From assembly GCA_012295275.1 (NCBI GenBank), contig CM022671.1, positions 31,186,001 to 31,250,000 on the forward strand: a stretch of DNA of 64,000 bases. The letters are read 5' to 3'. Below the pieces are notes generated by a model. That model ran no database searches and had not been told where the DNA came from. It saw only the letters and a list, made by a program, of their open reading frames with translations. The translations under genes were made by a program, and so were the position numbers. Shown piece by piece: positions 49,073 through 64,000 of this stretch. Within the stretch, counting starts at the first letter, position 1, and every line of letters begins with the position of its first letter. Source of the DNA: Chrysomallon squamiferum. Taxonomy: Eukaryota; Animalia; Mollusca.

Positions 49073-50160
49073 TTCCCATCAGTAACTCCAAAACAACCAG
49101 AAATTTTAATTTTTTAATTTTGTCTTTTTTTCTTTCTTTCTTTCTTTCTTCTTGTTTTCTTTTTCTTCTTATCATCATCATCATCATCATCATCATCACC
49201 ATTAATGTTGTTATCATCGTAAATTATCATTATTATTATTATATTATTGGTGCTATTATTATTATTATTGTTGTTGTTGTTGTTGTTGTTGTTGTGTTTC
49301 TGTATATGACATATAACTTATTACACTTTATTTACTGTTATAACACAGAGGAAATGCATATATACATCGGGAAGTTAACAGCTGTAAATTCTGACAAACA
49401 TACAGGAAGAGATAATTAGCCAATCAGCGTGCTTCGTTCAGTCCTGTTCGCGATGTCATTTCCTGTTTCGGGGGTGGGGAGGACAAATTCATTGTTGTGG
49501 GAGGAAAAACGAGTTTCTGTTAAATTGCTATGCGTCAGTGTTTACAAGTGTTTTTAAAATAAAACAGAGCAGTAAACAAAAATAAGAGATAACGGAAAAT
49601 AATTTCTTCCTTGTTCTTTGTCTGTGTTTTATGTTTTTTAGCACGTGTGTTCGTGTGTGTACTGTTGCATTATTTACATACTGAAATAGAAGTAGTAATA
49701 GTTGCAGTTGTAATAACTGTGTGTTTACGTGATAATTGTCGTTGTCGCCGTCGTCGTTTCATATCTGCGTGTAAACAAAGGACGACGGTGATGTAATGGA
49801 GGTGATAATTTGTGTCGTTGGCGTAATAAATGAAGTGTTATTATTAACAGTATTTGCATGTTAATACTGTCACAACATCACCGACAGTTTTTTGTTTTTT
49901 TGTTACCATGACAGTCGTTGTAGTTGTAGTTGTATGGTGATAACGATAATTGTTGCTGATCTTATTACGATAGAATTATTAATTGTAAGCGTGTTTTAGC
50001 GTGAGTTTGTTGTAGTTGTTGTTGTTGCTGTTGTTGTTGTCGTAGGTGGCGACTGCTTCGGTAAATGCTTGTTTGTTGTTTTAAGGAGATTTTTTTATTA
50101 GTATTATTTGTTCTATTTTTTCCTTACTTTTTTTTTTCTTTCCTGTTTTTTTTTCTCCAC

Positions 50161-50229
<69 letters not shown>

Positions 50230-51019
50230 TTATAATAATTGTTGCCAGCGTTCGTGTAGGTGTTATTGATTCAACAGCAACAGCATATGTTTTATTTGAT
50301 GAATGTGATGATTAGCAAAATAAATATCTCCACTAATAGTGACTAAAGAAAAATGGCGGATAAACCCGTAGAGCAACTAAACGCAAAATGGGAAAACTAT
50401 TTCCGGCATTAGATGACAGCAAGATAAATTTACCTACACAACTTGCAACAGTACAGTTTATTGTTTAAATCAAACAAGAAAGGAAAAGAAAAAAAAGAAA
50501 GAAAAATAGGCCTAGTCAAGTTTCTCCTAGAACGAAAGTGATAAAAATATCCGTTTGTCACGTAATGTGGGGTATGAGTCAAACAAAATCGTGACGTCAT
50601 TTGGGATTTTTTTTTTTTTTTTTATCGCTTGGTTGAACTTGGGGTATTCGGATTATGGTAGTAATGTACTTTTGCTAAAAATTGCGACGATCGTTCCGCC
50701 ATTGTAGGTAGGCAGAACAGGGTGGTTTTCCTGGTCGGCTTCGAGGGGTGGGGGGGGACTAGTGAGCGTTTTCTTATTGGATTTTAATTTAATCCTGTCG
50801 CCCTTCAAATACAGTTTGCGCATCATTTTGATATCAAAGGTACCTGAAAATAAATATAACGAGCTTTCGATTTGCGCTTTTAAAGCGATACGAGCAAAAT
50901 TGGCTTTTTGATGATTTAAATTTCGTAAAGATTGTATATTCATTAATTCATTCAAAATACATCTTCTTTTCTTTTTGATGATTTAAATTTCTTCATGAAG
51001 ATATATATATATATATAAA

Positions 51020-51295
<276 letters not shown>

Positions 51296-51386
51296 TTAAC
51301 TATACACAGAATAAAGTCTCAAGCCAAATCTACTAAAGTTCAAAGCGCCAGAAGTAGTTCTCATTGTACCTTTGCACCTGTACTTG

Positions 51387-51427
51387 CCCACTCCCACCCC
51401 CACTCCCACCCCCACTCCCACCCCCAC
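51387..51427 (-). repeat. (CCCACTCCCACC)n C-rich repeat; G-quadruplex-capable on the minus strand
   Basis: More than four runs of 3-5 G with 1-3 nt loops on the minus strand. Confidence 0.8.
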
Positions 51428-51766
51428 ACCGCCAGCATGTAATCTACACTACCAATTAAGAATTAATGTAAAAAAAGAAAAAAAATCTTTCTTTTCCCTT
51501 TGCTCCTTTGTTAGATTCATAAATCCAATTAGCAGGACATGTATTACAGATAATTCTTTCTTTAAACCCCGGAGATATTGATATCGGTTTCATATTTCCT
51601 TTAAAACCTGATCATTATAATGAATAGTGTTATTATACAAGGAAAAAAAAAATGTCCCATTTCAATAATGTCAAATCTAATGAAATTGTGCAAATTAAAG
51701 TGATTAGATATACTTTATTTAAAAAAAAATTATGATCATTTCACCAGCAAATTAAAACATGTGTTC

Positions 51767-51769
51767 ACA

Positions 51770-51839
<70 letters not shown>

Positions 51840-52015
51840 AACACAGACACAAACACAAACACAAACACAAACACACACAAACACAAACACAAACACAAAC
51901 ACACACACACACACACACACACACATAAACACAGACACAGACACAAACACAAACACAAACACACAAACACAAACACACACAAACACAAACACACACACAC
52001 ACATAAACACAAACA

Positions 52016-52058
<43 letters not shown>

Positions 52059-52177
52059 ATATACACACAAACACACACACACACACAAACACAAACACAA
52101 ACACATTCACACAAACACAAAACACATTTTTGAAATTAAAACACAAACACAATACACACACACAAAAACAAAAACAA

Positions 52178-52208
<31 letters not shown>

Positions 52209-52449
52209 AAAAACACAGACACAGACACAAAACACAAACACAAACACACAAATAAAACACACGTAACAAACACACACACACACACAAACACACAAACACA
52301 AATCCACACACACACACACACACACACACACTTTATTCACTCTTTAATCCACACACACACACACACACAAACACAAACACACACACACACACACAAACAC
52401 AAACACAAACACACACGTTTTTTTTGAAACACACACACACACACACACA
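51767..52449. repeat. Complex (CA)n/(CACAAA)n low-complexity block
   Basis: ~680 bp that is almost entirely C and A on the + strand. Confidence 0.92.
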
Positions 52450-52940
52450 TTAAAAAATAAATTTAAAATAGAAATCTCCTGTTTATTAAATTGAATAAAA
52501 TTCACCATGGTTACATCAATATAAATTTTTGAAATTAAAAAATTATTCCAATATACGTGTAAAAAAAAAAATTGAATTCTATCGATTACGTGAAAACACC
52601 ACAACAAAGAAAGACAACCAGTTTACACGTGTTATTAGGGCAAATGAAATCGGTAATAAAATTACGTAACGGTTTTTAAAGTCAAACAGTGTGAATGATC
52701 CTTTAACAGGAATCCTGACTAGAAATCGCTTTATTCGTGTAACTTTAATCCTTTCTTTCTTCATTGGAAAAGCTGTTATAAAAGAAAAACAGAAATCACT
52801 GGGAGCACGTTTTTTTGAAAATCAGATTAAAGTCACAGGGGAAAAAAATAAAAATAAAATAGAAATCGCGTGTTTTAGAAAAGCTGAATAAAAATAACGA
52901 GGAATATACAAATTTGTAGAAAAAAAAATTGTGGAATGAA

Positions 52941-53082
52941 TGTTTTAGAAAGAACGAAAGCATTGGGAAATAGTGTTTTTAGAAAGAATGACATAACATT
53001 GGGAAATAGTGTTTTTAGAAAGAATGAAATCATATTGGGAAATACGTGTTATTAGGAAGAATGAAATCACATTGGGAAATAC
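52941..53082. repeat. 36-bp tandem repeat, ~4 units (CATTGGGAAATAGTGTTTTTAGAAAGAATGAAATCA)
   Basis: YATTGGGAAATA at 52961, 52997, 53033 and 53070; more decayed relatives possibly extend back to ~52760. Confidence 0.85.
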
Positions 53083-53182
53083 TAAATAATAAAAAATTAC
53101 TTTTAAATTTATGAAAAGCACATAACAGGTATTTTGAAAATTGTAATTTTGAAAATCATAATAAAATAACATGTAATCTTGA

Positions 53183-53661
<479 letters not shown>

Positions 53662-54201
53662 CTCTCTCTCTCTCCATCGCGTTCTGCTTCACAATATCTC
53701 TCTTTTTTTAACAAATTATTTACTAACCTCACTGTTAGCCTCACGACACAATGCCCCTAATTACCAAAGCTGCCTCCCCCACACACACACACACACCACC
53801 CACCACCCATCATACACAATTATACTGAGTCGGGATGAACAGACAAAGTCCTGGGGACAGAGACTGTAGTTTTTCTCCCACAAGCATCTTCCACCGCCAG
53901 ACTGTTAAATCCGCTGGATTAGCATTCTTTCGACTTTACGCTAATCGCATCAAAGGATTAAGCCGCGTCTCTGGGGCAGGCGTAAAGGAGGTGACGGAGT
54001 GTTTTATATTTAAGAGATTTTGTTTTTCCCATGCTTAAGTGGACCTGTGGTCTTGCTATATACATTACAAGTGATTGGGGGTTTTTTTAATTGTTTTTTT
54101 TTGTTTTTTGTTGTTTTGTTTGTTTCAAAGATTTGAAATAAATGACACAGGTGTGTTCTTCCGTTTTAGTTTTTAATTATTATTGTTTTAATATGATTAT
54201 G

Positions 54202-54261
<60 letters not shown>

Positions 54262-54289
54262 TTTATTTATTTCATTTATTTATTTATTC

Positions 54290-54323
<34 letters not shown>

Positions 54324-54892
54324 TTTTTTCTTCTTTTTTATGTAATTGGAATCTAAAAGCAATCTTTGCTAAAAATAAAGTATCATTTTGTACGTTATGA
54401 ATTTCATGGTATAAGTGTTTCATTTTAAAATGTATTTATTTTATTTCATTTTATTTTATTTTATTTCATTTCATTTTAATTTTTGGTTGCTCAGTTCTCG
54501 GTTCTTTTCTTCACTAATGTAAGTACGACTGCACTCGTGCGGGTATGCGCTATGCAAATTAACTCATAAATGATTAAAGTTGAGGTTTCAATTATAAATG
54601 TTCAGTTCATTAAATTTATTAATACACAATCGATTAAATATCAACGTATTAGTGAAGCCTTTGAATTTAAGACATAAATGATCACATTTTGATGGAATAA
54701 ACGTGTATATTTTTATTTAATTGCAAGACTGACGAGGAACGCCTGATATTTAATAGATTTATTTTACATATTATAAATAATGTATCTGTGCATGTTTTAA
54801 CAGTGTATGTTTTATGTTGTTTTAATTATTAATGAATATATTTTTAAGTAAGAGTTCCTTTTAGATTGCGAATAAACCTCTGTGTCTGTATG

Positions 54893-54992
<100 letters not shown>

Positions 54993-55182
54993 TTACATAC
55001 ATACATACATGCATGCATACACTCAGACACACACAGACAAATATAAAATAGATGCATGCAAAAATGACGCAAAAACACAGAAAAGCGTGCCTCGTGGGAA
55101 ACGATGATTACCCTCGGTTATTGAAAACTTTTTTTAAGGTTGTCTCTACTGCGGAACGGTAACATCGTCCGCCTTCGGAGTG

Positions 55183-55620
55183 CGGGAGAATGGATGTCAT
55201 ACGTTCGAGTCTCGTCAACGGCATCTAACGGGTTTGTGACGTCGTGATTGGACTTTGTCCTCCTGCGCCAGTGCGTTCCCGAATATTTTCTATGTGTAGT
55301 CTAATCAGACGTACATAAGACAGAGAATAATCAAAATCCTAAGCTACATATATACATACATACAAAACTACATTCACAAATACATACATAGAATACATAG
55401 AAACATACACACATATGCATACAGCTGTACACACAAAAACAGACACATATACACAGATACACGGACATTTGTTTAGTCAATACAGGAGGCATTGGGTGCC
55501 ATGTGCTGGAGCCTCGTCAGCGGCATCTGACGTCGTGACTGGACTTTGTCCTTCAGTGACTGCCTCTGAATATCGTTTACGTGCAGAAGTGACTAAATTA
55601 GAAATCCATCCTAAATGCAG
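55183..55620. repeat. Diverged local duplication, two ~140-170 bp copies ~300 bp apart
   Basis: CTCGTCAACGGCATCT..TGACGTCGTGATTGGACTTTGTCCT (55211-55261) versus CTCGTCAGCGGCATCTGACGTCGTGACTGGACTTTGTCCT (55513-55552); the flanks are also similar. Confidence 0.85.
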
Positions 55621-56917
55621 ACACACTGATGTATGCACACACAAAAAACACACACACAGACGCACACTGATGTACTCACACCCATACACCCACACACACA
55701 CACATACACACAAGAACACACACACACACACATACAAACACACACATACACATACAAACACCCACATACACATATATACATATACATAAGTTTAAATGAA
55801 CAAACCGGTGTTAACGACCGAGTGTTGCAGTGACACACACAGAGTGTAGGCACAAGACTGACGAATCAGAACTAATGAGTTGATAACTGGTCTGTTGTTT
55901 TCCCCCTGAGTTTGCAGAACAGAGACAGACACGACTGTTTGGTTCTGCTGAGCGATAGCTGTGAAATGTTAGTCGTATCATGTAGTCAAATGTCACTGTT
56001 CTCTTCACAGTACAAAGCTTGCTGTACATTCGCGAAATGTTTGGTCATTCTGGTTGTATGAATGTGAGTGTGCGTATATCTCTGTGTGTGTGTGTGTGTG
56101 TGTGTGTAATACATTAATAATAACATATGAGTGTGGATGTAAAATAACAGTGTGTGTATGTACGTGTGTTGGGGTATATGTGTGTGTGCCGAGAATAAAT
56201 AAATGGAAGGGAGATCGTATGCGTGTATTGACTTCATCGTGCGTGTGTATGTATGTAGCAAGTGTGTTCGTGTACATGTATCTGTGTGTATTTTTTATTA
56301 GTATATTTATAATTCTCTTTTAGTCTCTCTCCCTCTGTCTCTCTACCTTAACCCTTCACTCTTTATCTCTTTCACTGTCAAACTCTCTATCTATTTCTCT
56401 CTCCGTCCTCCCCTTCTTTCTCTCTCTTTCTCTCTGTCTATTACCATAACCATTTGTTTTTCTCTCATAAACAAACACTCGCAAAGCTAACACACACACA
56501 CACACACACACACGCGCACAGGCATACAAACTGTAAAGTCAGCTATATATTATTATATAGCAGTTCTGTACAAATTGACATAATTCTGTTTATTAATGTG
56601 GAAGCCGCCGCTGTGAATGGTAAACAACATCTGTGCGTGTATCGATTGTACCGGCTCCCGCTACTTCTCTTATCTGCAAACGCGGCAAAATGAATTTTTG
56701 TTTCTTTATCGCATCAACGACACACAATGCACGAGGGTTTGCGCTGCCTGTTTGTGTGCGTGTATATATATAGATATAGATATAGATATAGATATTTGTG
56801 CATCTGCATGTGCATGCCTACGCATGTTTGTATAATGGTAGACTGGCTGACTGTACGTTCGAATGTGCGTGCGTGCGCGTGTGTGTTAGACTGAAGTAGC
56901 TGAGTTAGATCTTCGTC

Positions 56918-56950
<33 letters not shown>

Positions 56951-58690
56951 GCACACAAACAGACACACACACACACACACACATACAAACACACACACAC
57001 ACATACAAAACACACACACACATACAAACACACACACACATACACACACACGCACACTCACACAATGACATATATTGACTGTAATTATTTACTGCGTGTG
57101 GGTTTGCGTTTGTCTGTCTGTCTGTATGTGCATGTATAGGGAGGGTCAGGGTGTTGCGTATGCCTGTGCGTTTGTGCGTACACGTGGCGAGCACACGTGC
57201 ACATGAATATGAAAACCGCTGGTTTTGTTACGAGCAGCAGTGACACGTTATTTGAATACAGCTGTGATGTGGGTAGCGGGTGGGTGGGTCGTCCTTCACC
57301 TTGGTCTGCGGTATCTGTTAACAGCGGGAAATAAATAACGTCACCCACCACCCACCCTTCAGAATAAGCTTTTAGCAACGACCGGCCTGTTGCCGGCAAC
57401 ATCAGACACCGGGATCTGTCCCATTAGTATACGCACTGCCTGAATTTATGGCAGACGTCATTTAAAATAAATGTGCTTTCGAACGTTGTTACTGTCGTCG
57501 GCGTTGGTGGAAGTCGTCCCAGAGTGAAATATGATGTCGAGATCGCTGACGTAGGCCTACACCTGTCAAAGTAGCGACTGCTACCCAGGGCGGGTCCAGA
57601 ATGGAAGAAGGGTTTGCTGAAACTGTTGAAATATTTTGTATGATAATTATAACAAATTACTGTTTAATAAAAATGTTAAAATTTTAAATAAAAGTGAAAG
57701 AATATTAATATTTAATTAGTTTTTAATTGACATTTCAACAAGTAACGTTATTTACATATTCCCGTGCATTTTCACCCCCACTGGAGGTGATTTTAGTTAC
57801 GAAAAATGTTTTAATAATAATTTAAAAAACACACTAAAAGCTGAAAACAAATACTTATAATAACAAATTATATACTTTAATTCCAGTATATTTTGAAAGC
57901 TGTTAATCTGCCAGCAGATGTGCGTGACATAACTAACCTAATTAAGGTTCGTTCACTTGTGCGGATAATAAGCACAAACGTGACAAGTATGATGATAATT
58001 CAAACAAAGCCAAATGAGCCAGTCAGCAGTTACAAACAAACACACACACACACACACACACATGTATGTTTAAATACATATATCTATATATAGACATGTA
58101 GATAGATATAGTGATAAATTAAAATCAAAACCAAAATAATAATTAAAAAATCAAAAACAACAACTACAAGATATTTCACAGAACCCATTCAACAGACTCG
58201 TTTCTTCGCTAAAATCTATACTGCTTTTGTTGTTGTTGTTATTGTTATTATTAGTAGTATTAGTAGTGTTATTATACTCACAAATATCAATACTCCCTTT
58301 CATTAATTTATCTTGTACCGTTGGAGACAATTAACTATGACGTCATAACAATGAAATGACGTAATGCTATTTTCTATCGTGTGAAAAAAATCAGAATATT
58401 GGCGGAAAGGAATTTTAAACTGGAAATATCATCTTAGAATGACTGTAAGGATGATAAATCACAGCGATGTATATGATATAAATCTTGCTTTTCCTATTTC
58501 TGTTGTGTGGTGTCTCTTATGCTGTGTTTTTGACAAGGCTTGTGTTGACTTTTAACTGTTACAAGATTAATTGAGTTTTGTGTCTTAATCTTCTTCTTAA
58601 GCCGAGTTGTCTGAGTGTGACAGTTTACACTCTGTCACACTGGCTGCCAAAAGCCAGAGTTCTCAGTCCCAGTCGAATAACCTTTTACAC

Positions 58691-59408
58691 TAGGTTCTCT
58701 TTGTAAACACGTAGGTTCATGTATAATTTAGGGGTAGCTGTTTGTAAGCATTTTGATTTTAATTTGTAACCATGTAGGTTGGAGTACAATTCAGATTTTG
58801 TTTCCAAACATGTAGATTCACTTGTTATACAGGCTGTCTTTGTAAAATGAAAACAGATTTCATTACATAAGCTATATATGTATTGATCGATTTATTTTTT
58901 AATAGGGCTCTATTAATAAAGTGTAAGTGTTACTGTCATTATTTCTGTTCTCTTCTGTTTGTGTTAAGTCTGAGGTGTTAATCTAGGTTCTCTTTGAATA
59001 CTTGAGTACGTGAGTACTCAGAAATGACGGTGTTGCCGTTCAGCAGATGCCATCGTAATAACCACCGAAGCGTCGTCTGGTTCAGGGACTAGTGTGCTGC
59101 AGTCAGCAGCATCGCCTAGATTTCAGCCCACGACTTCAGTGACAATCGTGTACGTACGTGGGACACATTTCCGGTTACTTTCACATATCACAACTGTTTA
59201 TGCAGATTTTTTGGTCGCATATGTTTTGCCTGTCATTCAACCGCTCAACCAAAAAAAATAAAAAATTAAAAAATAAATAAATAAAAAATAAAATTAAAAT
59301 TTTGTAAAATAAAAATTCTGTATACGCTCACTTCTTTAAGATGTGTAAAAGATTTTCTGTTTTTAAACATCTAGGTTAAATAGGTTCTTTTTTAAGCATG
59401 TAGGTTCA
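58691..59408. repeat. Decayed cluster of a ~29-40 bp unit (TAGGTTCTCTTTGTAAACAYGTAGGTTCA)
   Basis: Full or partial copies at 58691, 58763, 58806, 58831, 58984, 59365 and 59381. Confidence 0.65.
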
Positions 59409-60400
59409 CAGACACACAGATATGTATATGTTGGGATATCTCTTTGTCTCTGTTTTTGTTAACCTAGAGAGCAATGGGTTTCTTTCTTATCCATTTGATT
59501 CGAAATTTTCTTTCAGCCAGTACGATTCTCATTTATTTATTTATTACTCTAAATAAAATACTTATTTTCTTTTTTTTTTTTTTTTTTTTTTTAAATCATT
59601 GACTAATTTTGTACATTCCTCTATACAGCGAGTATATTTCGAAATACTCAAATAAAATAATAATAAATAAATAAAATGTTAAAAAAAAATTATAATAAAA
59701 AAAAAAAAAAAATAATAAAATAATTAAAATGTTTTTTTTTAAATAAATAAATAAAATAGAAAAAAAAAAAATTATAAAAGCACTTTTATTCGTCTGGCGG
59801 ACAATCTTTAGCAGACGGTCATTCGGTGTTTTCCCATAATCCTTATCGCAAAAGTGGGTCGAGCAAATAGCAGCAAGCCTGTGGAAGTCTGAATTCGCTC
59901 GCCGGCCATTCCTGCGTTCTCACAACCCAACTACAGGCGGATTTTCTTTCCTCTCCTCTTTTTTTTTTTTTTTTTTTTTTTAAATTTCGGTCTACGTGTG
60001 TGGCGCGGTGCGCCCCCTCTTTAACCCTTTTCAGCTGATAAGAACATGAAAACAGGTTTAATCCCGTTTCATGTCTGACTTGATGAAGGAGAGCAGAAGT
60101 CAAACGAGGTTAGCGTCGAGTACAAAGACGTACGTGGAGGTTCTGAGTATGAATGAGTGGAATGAAAAAGAGAAACAAAAGTGCGTGCAGGTTTGTTGTC
60201 TTTTGGGTGTGTCAGTCAATGATGCATGTGGAAATGTTTTCCGTTTAAATCGAAAAATGTACTTTCTGTCAGTTCGATACTCATTTATTTATTTATTGCT
60301 TTAAATAAAATACTTTTTTCTTCCTCTTCTTCTTCTTTTTCTTTTTTAATCACTGATTAATTTTCTATATTCCTCTCTATACAGTGAGACTCCCGTTTAG

Positions 60401-60492
<92 letters not shown>

Positions 60493-60870
60493 ACTGATGG
60501 ACGATGTGTAAATTGGAGATATTAAAATGTAAATGATTTATATTTGTAAATAAACTTGCACTTAAAAAATGCATGTGGATGTCTGATCGAAAGAATGCAC
60601 GTGTTCTTCATATTCAAGAATAAAACATTAATTTACTTTCTGTTTTTCTCTCTAGGCCGATAATAATCACCGCCTTTCTGGATTTTAGCTAGATTTTAAA
60701 TCAGCTTTATAATTCCAACATCCAATAATATTATGCAATTTTTCGTCTTAATGTTAAAAATGCATTCTCATCACTGCAATAAATTATTTTGAAATTTTTC
60801 TCAACACAAAATTAATTTTAATTTCTCATCATTTTTTTTTTTTTAAAGTTATATATAATTATATATGCGC

Positions 60871-60885
60871 GTTGCCCCTAGCAAC
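60871..60885. promoter_or_regulatory. RFX X-box-like palindrome
   Basis: GTTGCC-CCT-AGCAAC fits GTNRCC(N0-3)RGYAAC and lies at the edge of a GC-rich island (60870-61520). Motif match only. Confidence 0.35.
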
Positions 60886-62201
60886 ATACAAACAGAACGA
60901 CCGGAATTCGGACGAAGTTCAATCATTCTTCCTCCACTTCAGAGAAGACCTGGTTTAGATTTGAGAATCGACAGCTTTATAAAAACAGAACTAGGCCGGC
61001 CTTGAGGGGTTGAAAAGAAAGAAAGAAAGAAAGAAAAAAAAAAAAAAAAAAAAAAAAACCGGCGTCTGTCTTTTCTGTTACTTTCCACTAACGACTCTGC
61101 CGTTCTGAATGCACGGCGTCTGTGTGGCCCTGGGGGGAGACCCAAGGTCGTAACGCGGTCCCGGTGTCGGGTGCGAATGAGTAATATTGGGTAACAGCCA
61201 TCCCTGCTGATTGTACGTTCCGCCCCAGGCCCTGTCTCCCGCCTCGTTAACCCGTCCTGTTGTTACAACTGCAGAATAAAAGATTTCCATTGAAACTCTC
61301 TGTTGGCGGGTTATCGTCCTGTGATGGGTAGCTTTGCAGGAGGGGGGGGGGAGCTTCTTGTGTAACAGTGACGTAACAAAAGGGATTGTCATTTTCTCTT
61401 TGTGAATCGTCGTCTGGAGCGAGTGATTGTCTATTTCGCGCCAAAATGACGAACGCATGCTGCTGTTGGTTGGATACAAAGAAACTAAAAGCTGACTGCA
61501 AAAATGTCACGAGGATTTCAGTTAGCTTTATTTTATAGTTTATTATTCTTTCTTTTTATTTCTGTTTTTTTTTGTTCTTCCTTTTCTTTTCTTTTTATTT
61601 TTCATTTTATTCTGTTTTATTTTTAAAATGTAAATGATCTTTTTGTTTCCTTTATACCATTTTCTGTTAAAAAAAAAAAAAAAAAAAAAAATATTGGATT
61701 TTTCTTCTTTTTTTATGCAGAGGTTCTTAACATTTTCATGTTAATCTTCAGAGGGTTTTTTCTGCAATTTGAAATTCAGTATTTTTTATACTGCAGCAGG
61801 AGATATGGCTAATTCTAACAATGAAAGCGTACTTGAACATGAATTCTATTTAAGCTCCATTATCTGGCTCTGAATAAAGTTAAAGTAATTTTTATTATTA
61901 TCAGTGTTTCAAAATCAGAATGGTATTACAATATAATCAGCATATGCAGCAATTTAATAATAAAAAGAAGAAGAAGAAATAAATATAAAATAATAACAAT
62001 AATAAATGAAGTTTATTTTTGTTATTATTTTTCTTGTTAATATTACTTTCACAATTTAAATACAAATTCAATAGAAACGTGAAATTCCACACATATTTAT
62101 TCTCTTTCTGATTCATCAAAAATCATTTAAACTCTGGCCAACGCATACAAATATGTTAGCCAAGTGTTCGATTCTGTGCCACTGACACAAAAATAAAGAA
62201 A

Positions 62202-62235
<34 letters not shown>

Positions 62236-62542
62236 GACCTTCACCTTCTTATAAGCTGGCTAGAGGAGCACGTGACCACGCAGTGTGAATCGATCTGCTC
62301 TGGCCGCTGATTGAAAAGTACATTCCCACGCTGCGTCGTGTGTGACGTGGACTGCATCGCAGATATAAAGACATCGATAGCGTCTTAGCCTGCGCGCCAG
62401 CCTCGTTTGATTCAAATACGCGGGCGAGCAGAAAGAAATCTGCACGTTTTCGTTACTGAAAATCTCTTAAACACTGGGTGCGACCAGAAATGTACTGATG
62501 TTCTTTTGTGACTTTATTATTATTAAAATAAAAAATATATAT

Positions 62543-62577
<35 letters not shown>

Positions 62578-63166
62578 TTATTTTATTTTTATTATCAATA
62601 TTAAAAAAATAATAATAAAATAAAATAAAATGAGAGAGAGATAGAAAGAAAAAGGAAAAAAATTAAAACGAAAAGAATAAAATAAAATAAAATGAGAGAA
62701 AGAGAGAGAGAGAGACAAAAAGGAAAAAAAAATATAATAATAATAATAAAATGGTAATAATAAAATAAAAGTAACACGCTGAAACTTATTTATTTATTGT
62801 TTATGTGAAACAGAATTTTATTATTATCCTTTTTTTTTTTTTATTATCATATCTTTTTCGTTGTTATTGTCTAAATTTTACGATGTTCTTTAATCCAATT
62901 CAAATTTTTTATGACAAATTTTCCGTTTTCCCTTTAACCGAATACTCCAGCAGCGAAATCTAATCTTTTGAAAGCAGTTATTAAAATATTTGTTTTGTTT
63001 CCACTGGTTTGTAAATGAGTTGTTATTTAAAGCCTTTGAAAGTATTCTGAATTAGTTTACGCCCACCCCACCCTGCGTTTTCTATACTTTTAGAAAGTAC
63101 GAAGTCATAAAACAAGCTTATTAAGCGTTCTTTTTAAAAAATGTATACAGTTGACTGATGAAGGAA

Positions 63167-63240
<74 letters not shown>

Positions 63241-64000
63241 GTCATTTTATTTTATTTTATTTTTTTAATTAAATTTACCAGTTTCTTTTAACAAAGAGGA
63301 AGAGATTGTTGTTATGGTGATAATGGTAAGAGTTCTATTTGTAGTCAAAGTAGCAGCAGCAGCAGTAGTAGTAGTAATAGTATTAGTTACAGTAGCAGTT
63401 GTAACTGTTAATACTGTTGTTTTTGATGCTGCTGCCGTTGTTATTCTTTATTTTCTCTTCTCAATTTATTTATTTATTTATTTATTTATTTATTTCGCTT
63501 CATTTTATTTTACTGGTAATAACTTTCTAACTTATTCCTTAAAGAAACCGTATGCATTTAACACGGACACGGTTGAACTAAATCGATTGTTCGGGATTAA
63601 GTGCGAGCAAGTCATACGTATCAATACCGTGTATATTTTACCTGTGAGTACTGAGTGCCAGCCGAACAAGTTTCGTTTATTGCTTATAACATTATACCAG
63701 AACGTGACTCGTTTTGTACAGGACACGCATAGTCTGAATGACATATGTGAGTCGTTTTGTACAGTTTAATTATGTGTTACACGTCAGAAATACAGTATTT
63801 TATTTTATTTTATTTTATTTTATTTTATTTTATTTTATTTTATTTTATTTTATTTTTTATTTTATTTTATATATATATATTTATTTATTTTTTATTAAAA
63901 TATTTGTGTGTGTGTGTATGTGTGTTTGTGTGTGTGTCTGTGCGTGCTGTTGCTATGCCTCAAAGCTTCGAATATTAGATTTCTATTCGAAATCGTCAAC

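Noticed and set aside
49862-50371. Seed-length matches to conserved miRNAs (TAATACTGTCA, miR-8-like; AACCCGTAGA, miR-100-like)
   Set aside because: The matches stop after 10-11 nt and no precursor hairpin is apparent.
50653-50955. 100-aa minus-strand ORF with an acceptor-like TTTATTTTCAG
   Set aside because: No recognisable protein, and the poly-Pro comes from a G run; unsupported.
56348-60037. TTAACCCT starts as piggyBac-type ends
   Set aside because: Unpaired short matches are expected in AT-rich DNA.
61078-61479. 133-aa minus-strand ORF in a GC-rich island
   Set aside because: No family resemblance; the length is plausible by chance in a GC-richer island.

Overview
AT-rich eukaryotic (animal) genomic DNA, densely packed with microsatellites: (CA)n, (CT)n, (TA)n, (ATT)n, (AGT)n, (TATG)n, (TATC)n and poly-A/T. 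These alternate with 200-600 bp complex, CpG-retaining islands. I can support no protein-coding gene: almost every ORF in the track is a translation of simple repeats, and the remainder resemble no family I recognise. I see no rRNA, intact tRNA or CRISPR array. The window is most likely intergenic or a very large intron. A decayed tRNA-derived SINE resembling Meta-domain SINEs of gastropods points to a mollusc (inference). The most structured feature is a 5.36 kb array (37784-43140) of four copies of a ~1.2-1.3 kb non-coding element with long terminal inverted repeats. It is arranged as a 2.66 kb higher-order dimer with a fused palindromic junction and mosaic variant patterns. Also present are several minisatellites, a diverged local duplication, and recurrent motifs in the islands (CAGACGAC, TGACGTCA, co-oriented CTCF-like sites, CSL and RFX sites). 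All motif counts were made by eye and are minimums.
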